A stretch of 64,000 nucleotides of DNA from Candidatus Omnitrophota bacterium. GTDB taxonomy: Bacteria > Omnitrophota > Gorgyraeia > Gygaellales > JBFMHM01. A program made the translations under genes and the position numbers. Position 1 is the first letter of the stretch, and every line of letters begins with the position of its first letter. The stretch is taken from the NCBI GenBank assembly GCA_040753015.1, contig JBFMHM010000001.1, forward strand, positions 8,193 through 72,192, in the 5' to 3' direction. Shown here one piece after another: positions 9,922 to 20,657 of the stretch. A model generated the notes under the pieces. That model was given only the letters and a program-made list of their open reading frames with translations. It did not search any database and was not told the DNA's origin.

Positions 9922-11259
9922 ATGGGTTTATCTGGATTAGATATATATAAACTTCTGCCAAAAACTAATTGCCGTGAATGTGGGTATTCAAACTGTCTCG
10001 CATTTGCCCTTGCTATCGCAAAAAAGGCGGTTTCCATAGATAAATGCCCCCATATATCAAAAGATGTAAAACAAAAATTACTGGAAGCCGTTCTTCCGGC
10101 AATGAAACTTATCGAGATAGGCATAAATGATAGAAAAAGTTTAACTGGGCAAGAAACGGTATTATTCCGCCATGAAGAAAAATTTCATAATCCCTGCCTT
10201 TTAGGTTACATATTAGATGATAATCTGAATGAAGAAGAATTCGACAAAAGACTGCTAGATATTTCAAACATTAAATTTGAAAGAGTAGGGGAAATAATAA
10301 AACTTGATTTAATAGCACTAAGAAATAAAAGCAATAACTCTGAAAAGTTTAAAAACTGTATTAAAAAAATAGCTTTGCTAAGCAATTTGAACATTGTAAT
10401 AATTACTGATAATTTACAAATTCTAAAAGAATCGATAGATATTATTAAATCAAATAATGCTTTAATTTATTTTACTAAAGATCTGACTGATACCAATGTG
10501 TTAGATCTACTTAAAAAATACAATCCCCCTATAGTTATAAGCGCCGACAGATTAGAGGAATTCGATAATATCATCCCAAAGTTAATTGATATTGGATTAA
10601 ACAATCTCGTTTTAGAGACTAAATCAAAAAATGTACAAAACAAACTCTGGGATTTAACACAAATAAGAAGATTAGCATTAAAGAAAAAAAATAGGGCTTT
10701 CGGATTTCCACAACTTGTCACAGTCAAAAAAGACGATGATTTTAGTGGTGTAATGCAAGCAGCGACTTTTATAACAAAATATGCGAATGTAATCTTATTA
10801 GAAAATTTTGGGCTTGAAGATATTTTTGCCTTATTAACACTACGTCAAAATATATATTCCGACCCTCAAAAACCTCTGCAGGTTGAACCAAAGGCTTATG
10901 CTATAGGACAGGTTACAGATAATTCTCCCGTACTCGTAACTACTAATTTCTCTTTAACCTATTACACTGTCCTTTCAGAAGTAGAAGCCAGCAAAATCCC
11001 ATCATACATAGCAGCAATCAATACTGAAGGAATGTCGGTGCTGACTGCCTGGGCAGCGGAAAAATTTACACCAGAATCAATCACAAAAGGAATTAATGAT
11101 TACGCTATAAAAGATAAAGTCAAGCATAATAAAATAATTATACCCGGATATGTCGCAAACATGAATAAACATTTAGAAGATTTAAGTAAAACAAAAGTAA
11201 TCGTTGGGCCAAAAGAAGCGTCGGGTATCCCCAGTTTACTGAAGAGTTTATATAAATAA
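9922..11259 (+). CDS. acsC: Corrinoid Fe-S protein large subunit (ACDS gamma)
   Basis: LPKTNCRECG..NCLAFA...CP Fe-S motif; SDPQKP, VTTNFSLTY and SVLTAWAA motifs. Confidence 0.95.
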   Translation: MGLSGLDIYKLLPKTNCRECGYSNCLAFALAIAKKAVSIDKCPHISKDVKQKLLEAVLPAMKLIEIGINDRKSLTGQETVLFRHEEKFHNPCLLGYILDDNLNEEEFDKRLLDISNIKFERVGEIIKLDLIALRNKSNNSEKFKNCIKKIALLSNLNIVIITDNLQILKESIDIIKSNNALIYFTKDLTDTNVLDLLKKYNPPIVISADRLEEFDNIIPKLIDIGLNNLVLETKSKNVQNKLWDLTQIRRLALKKKNRAFGFPQLVTVKKDDDFSGVMQAATFITKYANVILLENFGLEDIFALLTLRQNIYSDPQKPLQVEPKAYAIGQVTDNSPVLVTTNFSLTYYTVLSEVEASKIPSYIAAINTEGMSVLTAWAAEKFTPESITKGINDYAIKDKVKHNKIIIPGYVANMNKHLEDLSKTKVIVGPKEASGIPSLLKSLYK

Positions 11260-13136
11260 TGATCGAGCGAATTAAAGTAACTTTCTTAGGATATAATAAA
11301 GAAATTTATATAGAAAAAGGCAAATCTATAATGAGTGCGGCTTTATCATGCGGAATTCATCTAAATTCTGTATGCGCAGGAGAAGGAATTTGTGGAAAAT
11401 GTAAAATAAAATTAAGAAGAGGAGAAGTTGATATACAAAATTCTGATGCTATAAGCACTCAAGATTTAAAATACGGCTTTTCCTTAGCCTGCCTAACTTA
11501 CCCAAGAACAAATGTAGTAGTAGAGATACCAAAAAGTTCTCGCATTGAGCCAGTGCTTAGGCAAGAAATTTACTCAAAAGCAAAAACAATAAAACAGGTT
11601 GATTTTAAATCACAAAAGTGCGATTTTAGTTATTTACCAGTTGTAAAAAAAATATATTTAGAACTACCTAAACCAAGCCTAATTGATAATATTAACGACC
11701 TCGACAGAGTATTAAGAGAACTCTCAAAGTATGTAGATATTAATAATATTAAAATTAGCTTAAACAATAGCCGCAATCTATCAAATGTATTGCGTAAAAG
11801 CGATTGGAAAATTACATTAACAATCGGCGAATATAACGAAACATATGAAATATTGAATATCGAACAAGCAGATACGTCAAGTTCAAATTTTGGTTTTGCA
11901 TTTGATATTGGCACAACTACTATTTCGGGAGAACTTATCGATTTAAAAACACAAAAGGTGCTGGGTGCAAAACTAACCTACAATAAACAAGCTAGTTTTG
12001 GTGCGGATGTAATTACAAGAATAGTCCATGCAAAGAATGCTCAGGGGCTTGAAAGATTACATAAAGCAGTAATTGAAGGGATTAATGAAATAATAGAAAA
12101 TTTAATTTCTGAATTTAATATAGATATAAATGATGTTACTTGCTTAACCTGTGCTGGAAATACAACAATGATACATTTACTTATGCGCATTGATCCTAGT
12201 TTTATTAGAAGAGAGCCATATATACCGGCTATAACATTTCTGTCGGCAATAAAAGCTCATGAAATTGGTATACAGATCAGCACGCACGGACTTTTATATA
12301 TTATTGCTGGCATATCAAGTTATCTTGGAGGAGATATCACAAGCGGCATACTTGCAAGCGGCATATACAAAGAACAGAATCCTTGTCTTTTAATCGATAT
12401 TGGAACTAACGGCGAAATTATATTAGGAAATAAAGAATTTTTAATTGGCTGTGCCGCATCTGCTGGGCCTGCATTTGAAGGATCTGGAGTTACATCAGGA
12501 ATGAAAGCAACCAGAGGAGCGATTGAAAAAGTTAAGATTGATAAAAATTTGAATATAACACTTCAAACAATTGATAACGTGAAACCAATTGGTATATGCG
12601 GCTCTGGATACATCAATCTTATAGCAGAAATGCTTAAGGCAAAAATATTGGATAAAAACGGAAAAATATCTATAGTAAAAAATAAACGGGTAAAAAAAAC
12701 AAAGGTGGGATTAGAATTTAAAATCGAAAAAAATATTGTAATTACCGAAGCAGATATAGATAATATTAAACGATCTAAAGCGGCTATTTATGCTGCAATT
12801 ATTACATTACTCGAACATATGCAATTAAATTTTGATTCTATAGATAAAATTTTTATTGCTGGAGGATTTGGTAATTATATCGATATCGAACAAGCGATAA
12901 CTATCGGACTTTTACCTGATATCGACAGAAATAAATTTATATTTATTGGCAACAGTTCTTTGAATGGCGCAAAACAAGCAATCCTATCAAACACAGCATT
13001 TAAAAAAACAAGAGAAATTGCAAAACAAGCAACTTATTTTGAATTATCAACGGATTCTAAGTATATGAATGAATATACCGCTGCTTTGTTTTTTCCGCAT
13101 ACGGATAAAAAACGCTTTCAAACTATAAATATATGA
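11259..13136 (+). CDS. acsV: Corrinoid reductive activator (RACo/AcsV; 2Fe-2S plus ASKHA ATPase)
   Basis: CAGEGICGKC ferredoxin motif; DIGTTT, DIGTNGE, AGPAFEG and GICGSG motifs. Confidence 0.9.
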   Translation: MIERIKVTFLGYNKEIYIEKGKSIMSAALSCGIHLNSVCAGEGICGKCKIKLRRGEVDIQNSDAISTQDLKYGFSLACLTYPRTNVVVEIPKSSRIEPVLRQEIYSKAKTIKQVDFKSQKCDFSYLPVVKKIYLELPKPSLIDNINDLDRVLRELSKYVDINNIKISLNNSRNLSNVLRKSDWKITLTIGEYNETYEILNIEQADTSSSNFGFAFDIGTTTISGELIDLKTQKVLGAKLTYNKQASFGADVITRIVHAKNAQGLERLHKAVIEGINEIIENLISEFNIDINDVTCLTCAGNTTMIHLLMRIDPSFIRREPYIPAITFLSAIKAHEIGIQISTHGLLYIIAGISSYLGGDITSGILASGIYKEQNPCLLIDIGTNGEIILGNKEFLIGCAASAGPAFEGSGVTSGMKATRGAIEKVKIDKNLNITLQTIDNVKPIGICGSGYINLIAEMLKAKILDKNGKISIVKNKRVKKTKVGLEFKIEKNIVITEADIDNIKRSKAAIYAAIITLLEHMQLNFDSIDKIFIAGGFGNYIDIEQAITIGLLPDIDRNKFIFIGNSSLNGAKQAILSNTAFKKTREIAKQATYFELSTDSKYMNEYTAALFFPHTDKKRFQTINI

Positions 13137-14026
13137 TATTCGAAACAATTATCGGATCTATTAAAGTTGGCGGAGAGTCAGTTTTACCATTCTTAATTCA
13201 AGAAGGCAAAGTACCTAATAAACCAGTTATTGCTTTCGAAGTATGGGATATGCCTCCTTATGACTTTCCGCAAAGTTTATCTGAACCTTTTGGGAACGCT
13301 TTAAACAACCCATTAGATTGGGCTTTAAAATGCGTTAATGATTATGGAGCAAAATTGCTCTGTATAAAATTACAAAGCATTAATCCTGATACCCTAGATA
13401 AAAATTCTAAAGAAGCAGTCAAATTTATCAATAATCTCATAAAAGCCGTAGATGTGCCATTAATTATTCAAGGATCAGGCAATAAAGAAAAAGATAATTT
13501 AGTTTTGCCAGAGATAGCATCTATTGCAAAAGGAAAAAAATATTTGATTGGATCTGCAACGCAAGACAATTATAAGATATTAGCAAAAACATGTATAGAT
13601 AATAACCACTCAATAATTGCTGAATCGCCCATTGATATAAATATTGCCAAACAACTTAATATTCTTTTAAGCGATGCCGGTGTCGAACCAAGTCGAATCG
13701 TAATCAATCCAACTGTAGGATCTTTAGGGTATGGCCTCGAATACGCGTATTCAATTATGGAAAGGGCGCGATTAGCTGCGCTGGCAGGCGATACCATGCT
13801 TGCACAAAGCTTTATTTGTTTTGCAGGCCAAGAAGCATGGCGGGCAAAAGAAGCAAAGGCAAAAATGTCAGAAATGCCTGCATGGGGTGATGAAAAAAAA
13901 CGTGGCCTCCTATGGGAAATAATTACAGCTATTAGTTTCCTGCAATCTGGTGCTGATATTTTAGTTATGCGCCATCCCAAGGCAATAAAAGCAGTAGAAA
14001 ACTACCTTAACGACCTATTACCGTAA
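13133..14026 (+). CDS. acsD: Corrinoid Fe-S protein small subunit (ACDS delta)
   Basis: SPIDINIAKQLN, LGYGLEYAYSIMER and GADILVMRHP motifs. Confidence 0.93.
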   Translation: MIFETIIGSIKVGGESVLPFLIQEGKVPNKPVIAFEVWDMPPYDFPQSLSEPFGNALNNPLDWALKCVNDYGAKLLCIKLQSINPDTLDKNSKEAVKFINNLIKAVDVPLIIQGSGNKEKDNLVLPEIASIAKGKKYLIGSATQDNYKILAKTCIDNNHSIIAESPIDINIAKQLNILLSDAGVEPSRIVINPTVGSLGYGLEYAYSIMERARLAALAGDTMLAQSFICFAGQEAWRAKEAKAKMSEMPAWGDEKKRGLLWEIITAISFLQSGADILVMRHPKAIKAVENYLNDLLP

Positions 14027-14034
14027 GGAGATTT

Positions 14035-14829
14035 ATGCTTATTATTGGTGAATTAATTAATGGTATGTTTAAAAATGTACGCGAAGCTATTCTTAATAAA
14101 GATAAACAAACTATTATAGATTTAGCAATTAAACAAATCGAGGCGGGAGCAAACGCATTAGATGTCAACGTTGGGCCACTGTCAAAAGAACCTGTTACAG
14201 ATATGGAATGGCTGGTAAACACAATTCAAGAAAAAGTTAATACGCGGTTATGCCTCGATAGCACAAAGCCTGAGCTTATTGAAGCTGGCCTTAAACTTGC
14301 AAAAAATAAAGCTATAATTAATTCAACTACTGCTGATGTAGAAAAATTAAATATTGTCGTGCCACTAGCTTTACGATATAATGCATCTTTAATCGGGCTT
14401 GCTTTAAATAAAAAGGGCGTGCCGCAGGATAAAGACAGAAGGCTAGAACTCGCGGCTGAAATTGTAGGATTTTGCGAAGCAGAAAATTTTCCAATTAAAG
14501 AATTGTATTTAGATCCAATTGTCCTGCCTATAAATGTGGCGCAGGCCCAATCAAATATAATATTTGATAGTATAAAAGAATTTAAATTACTATCGGACCC
14601 GAGCCCAAATACAATTATTGGATTAAGTAATTCTTCTCAAGGGGCAAAAAATAGAAGGATTATCAACAAAACTTATGCAATTATGTCTATGCTTTCAGGA
14701 TTAGATGCGGCAATATTAGACCCGCTAGATAAAGATTTGATTGATTTAATAATAACTAGTGAAATAATTTTAAATAAACAAATCTACTGCGATTCATTCC
14801 TAGAAGCATATAGAAAAAAGGCGGGGTAG
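14035..14829 (+). CDS. acsE: Methyltetrahydrofolate:corrinoid Fe-S protein methyltransferase
   Basis: IIGELING, LDVN, LDS, INS, LDP and GLSN pterin-binding motifs; C-terminal YCDSFL; cluster context. Confidence 0.92.
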   Translation: MLIIGELINGMFKNVREAILNKDKQTIIDLAIKQIEAGANALDVNVGPLSKEPVTDMEWLVNTIQEKVNTRLCLDSTKPELIEAGLKLAKNKAIINSTTADVEKLNIVVPLALRYNASLIGLALNKKGVPQDKDRRLELAAEIVGFCEAENFPIKELYLDPIVLPINVAQAQSNIIFDSIKEFKLLSDPSPNTIIGLSNSSQGAKNRRIINKTYAIMSMLSGLDAAILDPLDKDLIDLIITSEIILNKQIYCDSFLEAYRKKAG

Positions 14830-14893
14830 CTCAGCCTGGTAGAGCAAGCGGCTCATACCCGCTCGGCCGGTGGTTCAAATCCACTCCCCGTCA
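14820..14893 (+). tRNA. tRNA with CAT anticodon, most likely elongator tRNA-Met
   Basis: Cloverleaf: acceptor GGCGGGG/CCCCGTC-A, anticodon arm AGCGG-CTCATAC-CCGCT, T-arm GTTCAAATC; no C1:A72 mismatch; CCA not encoded. Confidence 0.9.
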
Positions 14894-14912
14894 TTTAAAA
14901 AATCAAAAATAA

Positions 14913-15902
14913 TTGAAATCCCATATTATTGAACAATTTTTAAAAACTTCTTGCCGCGCCGGACTAATTAATAAGAATGATCGTATATTAATTGGTGTCT
15001 CTGGTGGGCCGGATTCAGTTTGTTTACTTTATCTGCTTAACTCAATTAAAAAAAAGTTTAATCTCTATTTGCATATTGCTCATCTTGATCATGGCCTAAG
15101 AAAAGATTCACATAGCGATAGGCTATTCGTTGAACAACTCGTAAAAAAACTAAACTTACCGTGCGCAACCGAAAAAATTCAGGTTAAAAAAATTGCCCGA
15201 AAATCACTTGAAGAAACTGCCAGAGAAATTCGTTATGATTTTTTCTTTAAGATTGCGAAAAAAAAATTAATAACAAAAATTGCCGTGGGACATAACTTAG
15301 ACGATCAAGCAGAAACCGTTTTAATGCGGATTATTCGAGGCAGCGGAATCGAAGGTATGTCAGCAATTTCACCAAAGAAACAAATTAATGGCTTTACAAT
15401 TATTAGGCCTTTAATTGAAACTATGCGATATGATATTGAAAAATATTTAAAACAGAAACGAATCGCACCAAGACAAGATTATACAAATAAAGATGCAAAA
15501 TTTCTAAGAAATAGAATTAGAAAAAATTTACTGCCAATATTAGAACAGTATAATCCAAATATTAAAAAAAATCTTAGTAATCTCGCTCAAATATTAAGCC
15601 AAGATTTTGATTACTTGAACAATCAGGCTTTAGAATTTTTCAATAAAAAAATTAGTAAAAAAAGAGGGCTTGTAAAAATTAATTTAGATGCACTTAAAAA
15701 GCTACACCCGTCATTACAAAATCTCGTTATCAGAAATTCAATTGAATACCTAGCAGGAAATAAGAGGCAATTTAGTTTTGTGCATCTAAAAGAAATTCAA
15801 GAACTTATCAGTTTTCGTCCGAATAAATCTATTGTTGACTTACCCCATAAAATACAAGCTATAAAAACCAAAAAATCTCTTGTCCTCCAAGTCAAAGCAT
15901 AA
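14913..15902 (+). CDS. tilS: tRNA(Ile)-lysidine synthetase
   Basis: SGGPDS PP-loop, EETAREIRY, HNLDDQAET and RNRIR motifs. Confidence 0.96.
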   Translation: MKSHIIEQFLKTSCRAGLINKNDRILIGVSGGPDSVCLLYLLNSIKKKFNLYLHIAHLDHGLRKDSHSDRLFVEQLVKKLNLPCATEKIQVKKIARKSLEETAREIRYDFFFKIAKKKLITKIAVGHNLDDQAETVLMRIIRGSGIEGMSAISPKKQINGFTIIRPLIETMRYDIEKYLKQKRIAPRQDYTNKDAKFLRNRIRKNLLPILEQYNPNIKKNLSNLAQILSQDFDYLNNQALEFFNKKISKKRGLVKINLDALKKLHPSLQNLVIRNSIEYLAGNKRQFSFVHLKEIQELISFRPNKSIVDLPHKIQAIKTKKSLVLQVKA

Positions 15903-15943
15903 TATAATAAAAATTTAAGTTACTAAATTTCACTGGAGAAAAT

Positions 15944-17857
15944 ATGAATAATCACAAACAGAAAAAAAATAATCATACTATTAACAAAATAAAGCCCGGA
16001 TTCGATAAATCTTTTTTCTTTTGGCTTTTAGTTATTATGGCCATTGTTTATCTTTTTAGAGAAAGTTCCAATATCGCAACACCAGTAAAAAATATTAACT
16101 ACGGCAACTTTTTTCAGATTTTAAAAGATAATGATAAGACGCAAGAAATAAAATCAATAATCAAAATTGAATCTGAGCTAAAAGGTGAGTTTTCAGATGG
16201 AAGCTTATTTAAAGTTGATATTCCTCAAGCGCTTGAAGATAAAGACCTTATTCCAACATTAAGAGAAAATATTAAAGATTTTAAAATTCAACAAAGAAGC
16301 TTATTTTGGTCATTCATCGGATCATTATTTCCATTTATTCTTTTAATTTTATTTTGGTGGATGATGGCATCGCGCGGCCAAGAATTAGGTAACCGAATAT
16401 TAGGATTTGGTAAGTCTAGAGCGCAGTTACTCGATACAAAAGAAAAAAAGAAAAAAATAACCTTTCAAGACGTTGCTGGAGTTGATGAGGCAAAAGAAGA
16501 GCTTCAAGAAGTTATTGAATTTTTAAAAGATCCTAAAAAATTTCAACGGCTTGGCGGAAAAATCCCTAAAGGCGTTCTACTCGTAGGGCCTCCAGGATGC
16601 GGAAAAACTTTGATTGCTAAAGCTGTCGCGGGAGAAGCCGAAGTACCATTTTTTTCAATAAGTGGCAGTGATTTTGTTGAAATGTTTGTAGGAGTAGGGG
16701 CTTCCCGCGTGAGAGATTTATTTGACCAGGCAAAACGCACTGCTAAAATTGCCGGTAACAAAGGATGCATAATTTTTATTGACGAAATCGATGCTGTAGG
16801 ACGGCTAAGATTTTCTGGGCTTGGCGGAGGCCATGACGAACGAGAACAAACACTTAATGCACTTTTAGTTGAAATGGATGGTTTTAATCCTAATGAAGGT
16901 ATAATTTTAGTAGCTGCAACTAATAGGCCAGATACTCTCGATCCAGCCCTTCTTCGCCCAGGTAGGTTCGATCGCCATATCGTCGTTGACAGGCCAGACG
17001 TAAAAGGACGAGAAGCAATTTTAAAAGTCCATACGAAAAACATAAAAGTTGACCCTAATGTCGACTTAAATTCTATAGCAAGGCAAACTCCTGGATTTTC
17101 TGGGGCAGATCTTGCCAATCTTTGTAATGAGGCAGCACTTTTGGCTGCGCGCCACGACAAAGAAACGGTTACAATGAAAGAAATGCAAGATGCGATTGAA
17201 AGAGTCATCGCCGGCCCAGAGAGAAAATCACGTGTGATTTCAAAAAAAGAGAAAGAAATTGTTGCTTATCATGAATCTGGCCATACGCTTGTTTCACTAC
17301 TTGTCCCCGGTGTTGACCCGTTACACAAGGTATCTATTATTCCAAGAGGAATTGCTGCTTTAGGTTATACCATGCAACTTCCTGAGCATGACCGCTATAT
17401 CATTACACGCAACGAATTGATTGGCAGAATAACTGTACTTCTAGGAGGCAGGGCATCGGAAGAAATTACTATAGGCGACAAAACAACAGGTGCAGAAAAT
17501 GACCTCGAAGTTGCAACACAACTCGCTAGAAAAATGGTTTGCGAATTTGGTATGTCTGATAAACTCGGACATTTAACACTTGGCAGAAGAAATGGCCCTG
17601 TGTTTTTAGGTAAAGATTTGGTGGAGGAAAGGAATTATAGCGAAGAAACAGCCGAAAAAATTGATACGGAGATTCATAAAATTATAGATGATGCATATAA
17701 CAATGCAAAGAAGCTTTTAACTGAAAATAAAGATAAACTTATAAAATTAGCTAATACACTCCTTGAAAAAGAAGTAATGGATGAAAAAGAAGTAAGGTTG
17801 GTTACCGGGCTTACAAAACTAGAAGAACAGACGAATAAAGATATAAGTAATGTCTAA
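15944..17857 (+). CDS. ftsH: ATP-dependent zinc metalloprotease FtsH
   Basis: Two TM segments, [24 protein letters not shown] and HESGH motifs. Confidence 0.98.
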   Translation: MNNHKQKKNNHTINKIKPGFDKSFFFWLLVIMAIVYLFRESSNIATPVKNINYGNFFQILKDNDKTQEIKSIIKIESELKGEFSDGSLFKVDIPQALEDKDLIPTLRENIKDFKIQQRSLFWSFIGSLFPFILLILFWWMMASRGQELGNRILGFGKSRAQLLDTKEKKKKITFQDVAGVDEAKEELQEVIEFLKDPKKFQRLGGKIPKGVLLVGPPGCGKTLIAKAVAGEAEVPFFSISGSDFVEMFVGVGASRVRDLFDQAKRTAKIAGNKGCIIFIDEIDAVGRLRFSGLGGGHDEREQTLNALLVEMDGFNPNEGIILVAATNRPDTLDPALLRPGRFDRHIVVDRPDVKGREAILKVHTKNIKVDPNVDLNSIARQTPGFSGADLANLCNEAALLAARHDKETVTMKEMQDAIERVIAGPERKSRVISKKEKEIVAYHESGHTLVSLLVPGVDPLHKVSIIPRGIAALGYTMQLPEHDRYIITRNELIGRITVLLGGRASEEITIGDKTTGAENDLEVATQLARKMVCEFGMSDKLGHLTLGRRNGPVFLGKDLVEERNYSEETAEKIDTEIHKIIDDAYNNAKKLLTENKDKLIKLANTLLEKEVMDEKEVRLVTGLTKLEEQTNKDISNV

Positions 17858-18704
17858 AGATTTAATTCTGGACTTAGGCCGTTACAAACATAACTGTACC
17901 AAGCGGCCTCTGATTATGGGAATTTTAAATATAACTCCCGATTCTTTTAGTCATGATGGTTTATATGGAAGCCGAATGTCTGCAATAATAAAAAAAGCAA
18001 TGAAGATGGAGGAAGACGGCGCTGATATAATTGATATTGGAGGCGAATCTAGCAGACCTTTCTCAAAACCAATATTAATAAAAGAGGAAATCTTAAGAAT
18101 AATTCCTGTAATAAAAAAAATAATAAAAAAAATCCATATACCAATATCAGTTGATACTTACAAACCTCAAGTTGCAAAAGAAGCTTTAGATAACGGAGCG
18201 GCTATAATTAATGATATAACCGCGCTTAGTTATGATGTAAACATGGCTAAGATTATTAAAGAATTTAATGCGACTGTCATACTTATGCATATGCAAGGGA
18301 ATCCTAAAACGATGCAAAACAAACCAAAATATAAATCAGTAATTAATGATATTTATTTATATCTTCAAAAATCAATCAATATGGCAAATAGTTTTGGCAT
18401 AAAAAGTAAAAAAATTATAATTGATCCTGGTATAGGTTTTGGAAAAACAGTAGTTGATAATTTAAGAATTATAAAAAAATTAGGTACGTTTAAAAAGTTA
18501 AACCAGCCAATTTTAATTGGGATTTCTAGAAAATCATTTATTGGAAAAATTTTAAATATAGATGTAAAAAAACGGCTTGTTGGAACAATCGCAAGCGAAT
18601 GCATTGCTATTATTAATGGTGCAAATATTTTAAGGGTGCATGATGTTAAAGAAACTAAACAAATGATCGATATATGCCAAGCGATATCCAATTCACAAAT
18701 ATAA
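17850..18704 (+). CDS. folP: Dihydropteroate synthase
   Basis: MGILNITPDSFS, DIGGESSRP, DPGIGFGK, SRKSF and RVHDV motifs. Confidence 0.97.
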   Translation: MSKDLILDLGRYKHNCTKRPLIMGILNITPDSFSHDGLYGSRMSAIIKKAMKMEEDGADIIDIGGESSRPFSKPILIKEEILRIIPVIKKIIKKIHIPISVDTYKPQVAKEALDNGAAIINDITALSYDVNMAKIIKEFNATVILMHMQGNPKTMQNKPKYKSVINDIYLYLQKSINMANSFGIKSKKIIIDPGIGFGKTVVDNLRIIKKLGTFKKLNQPILIGISRKSFIGKILNIDVKKRLVGTIASECIAIINGANILRVHDVKETKQMIDICQAISNSQI

Positions 18705-19471
18705 TTCAACTATTAAATATAAGTAAACCACTGTTTGAAATAATAATTTTGTGGTTTGTATTGTATCAAATTATGCTTTTTTTCGAAGGAACTAGGGCCT
18801 TTCAAGTGCTTAGAGGAATCATAGTTCTAATCCTTGCTTTCATTATTGTTCAATCATTAAAATTCTATACACTTGAATGGCTATTAACAAGGATTTTTGC
18901 AATTTCAATTATTGCATTTTTAATTATATTCCAGCCCGAAATCAGGCAGGGCTTGGCTCGCATCGGAAGAAAACATTTATTTCATACAAGCCTTGGCGAA
19001 GAAGAGCTAGAAGAAATGTTAAGTGAAATAATAAATTCGTCTATTAAGATGGCCCATCGTAAAAATGGAGCATTGATTGTTATCGAAAAAGAAGATACGC
19101 TCAAACAATTCATTGAAACTGGCATAGTTATCGATGGCAAAATCAGCGAAGAAATAATGCAATCAATTTTTAATCCCTTAAGCGTTCTGCATGATGGGGC
19201 AATCATAATACAGGCAGGCAGAATAATTGCTGCTGGATGCGTTCTCCCTTTATCCGAAATCCCAAAACTGGAAAGGCATTTAGGTACGCGCCATCGCGCG
19301 GCAATTGGCTTAACCGAACAAACCGATGCAATCGTTATTGTTGTCTCAGAAGAAAATGGTACAATTTCTCTAGCCGAGGAAGGACGCTTAATGCAAAATT
19401 TAGACAAAGAAGAATTATTTAAGAAACTTAAAAATTCACTCAGATCAAACGATGGCAAAAATAAAAAATAA
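18674..19471 (+). CDS. cdaA: Diadenylate cyclase CdaA/DacA
   Basis: Three TM helices, FQPEIR, HDGA and GTRHRAA motifs. Confidence 0.95.
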   Translation: MPSDIQFTNIIQLLNISKPLFEIIILWFVLYQIMLFFEGTRAFQVLRGIIVLILAFIIVQSLKFYTLEWLLTRIFAISIIAFLIIFQPEIRQGLARIGRKHLFHTSLGEEELEEMLSEIINSSIKMAHRKNGALIVIEKEDTLKQFIETGIVIDGKISEEIMQSIFNPLSVLHDGAIIIQAGRIIAAGCVLPLSEIPKLERHLGTRHRAAIGLTEQTDAIVIVVSEENGTISLAEEGRLMQNLDKEELFKKLKNSLRSNDGKNKK

Positions 19472-19580
19472 ATTATTTATTTTCTTCGCTACTCATCCAT
19501 GGCTAAAATTAATTTCATTAATATTAGCTATTTTAATGTGGTTATTTGTTAAAGAAGAAATAAATAAATTCAATCATTAA
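19452..19580 (+). CDS. 42-aa protein resembling only the N-terminal membrane anchor of CdaR/YbbR
   Basis: MAKIKNKLFIFFATHPWLKLISLILAILMWLFVKEEINKFNH; occupies the cdaR position after cdaA; absent from the ORF track. Confidence 0.65.
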   Translation: MAKIKNKLFIFFATHPWLKLISLILAILMWLFVKEEINKFNH

Positions 19581-19584
19581 TATT

Positions 19585-20301
19585 ATGACAAAGCTAGGTG
19601 TTAATATTGACCATATTGCTTCGATAAGAAACTTGCGTTCTGGAGTTGAACCAGAGCCCGTTACTGCTAGCTGTATTTGTGAGCTAGCAGGTGCAGATAG
19701 TATTGTTGTGCATCTTAGAGAGGACCGAAGACATATAAAAGACAGGGATCTATTTATTTTAAAACATATAGTGAAAACAAAATTAAATCTTGAAATGAGC
19801 ATATCAAAAGAAATCGTTGATATTGCCTGCCAAGTTAAACCTAACCAAGCTACGTTAGTACCTGAAAGACGGCTTGAAATAACAACTGAAGGCGGATTAG
19901 ATGTAATAAAATACAAAAGTCAAATTAGAAACATTATTAAAAAACTTAAAAAAAATAATATTGAAGTTAGTCTATTTATTGATCCTGACAATAGGCAGAT
20001 AACCGCTTCAAAAGAAATTGGCGTAAAAATAGTTGAATTACATACTGGCAAATATGCAAATTCTTCTAGCGAAAAATTAAAAAATAGATTTTTAGAAGAA
20101 TTGACTAACTCGGTAAATTTTGCAAGAGAATTGGGTTTAACAATAAACGCAGGGCACGGGCTTAATTATTATAATGTAAAACCTATTGCACAAATTCAAG
20201 GAATCGAAGAATTGAATATCGGTTATTCTATTATTTGTCGCGCTGCTATTGTTGGACTAGAAAAAGCCGTAAGAGATATGATAAAAATAATAAATAAATG
20301 A
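19585..20301 (+). CDS. pdxJ: Pyridoxine 5'-phosphate synthase
   Basis: LGVNIDHIA, HLREDRRHI, TTEGG and NAGHGL motifs. Confidence 0.97.
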   Translation: MTKLGVNIDHIASIRNLRSGVEPEPVTASCICELAGADSIVVHLREDRRHIKDRDLFILKHIVKTKLNLEMSISKEIVDIACQVKPNQATLVPERRLEITTEGGLDVIKYKSQIRNIIKKLKKNNIEVSLFIDPDNRQITASKEIGVKIVELHTGKYANSSSEKLKNRFLEELTNSVNFARELGLTINAGHGLNYYNVKPIAQIQGIEELNIGYSIICRAAIVGLEKAVRDMIKIINK

Positions 20302-20657
20302 TTACAGGATGCGGAATAGATATAGTAGAGGTTAAGAGAATAAAAAACGCTGTTAACAAGTGGGGTAAAGAATTTTTAAAAAGAATTTTTACGGAACGCG
20401 AGCTTGAATGTGCAAAAAATAGAAACTTCAATTTTGAACATCTTGCCGGACGGTTTGCTGTTAAAGAAGCTGTAGTTAAAGCCCTAAATGACGGTAAAAC
20501 CACTTTCCGTGATATAGAGGTTTTAAATAAAAAAGATGGTATGCCTTATTGTATAATAAAAACTATTTCATATAAAAAAGACTCTGATATTTTAATTTCT
20601 ATTTCTCACATAAAAACTCATGCAATTGCCAACGCAATTATTCAAACGAAAAGCTGA
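20298..20657 (+). CDS. acpS: Holo-[acyl-carrier-protein] synthase
   Basis: GIDIVE, AGRFAVKEA and ISISH motifs. Confidence 0.95.
   Translation: MITGCGIDIVEVKRIKNAVNKWGKEFLKRIFTERELECAKNRNFNFEHLAGRFAVKEAVVKALNDGKTTFRDIEVLNKKDGMPYCIIKTISYKKDSDILISISHIKTHAIANAIIQTKS

Noticed and set aside
14820-14893. tRNA-Ile2 (lysidine) assignment suggested by adjacency to tilS
   Set aside because: The acceptor stem has G4-C69 and G5-C68 rather than the C4-G69/C5-G68 TilS determinants, and GGCGG.../CATAC resembles elongator tRNA-Met; Ile2 is not fully excluded
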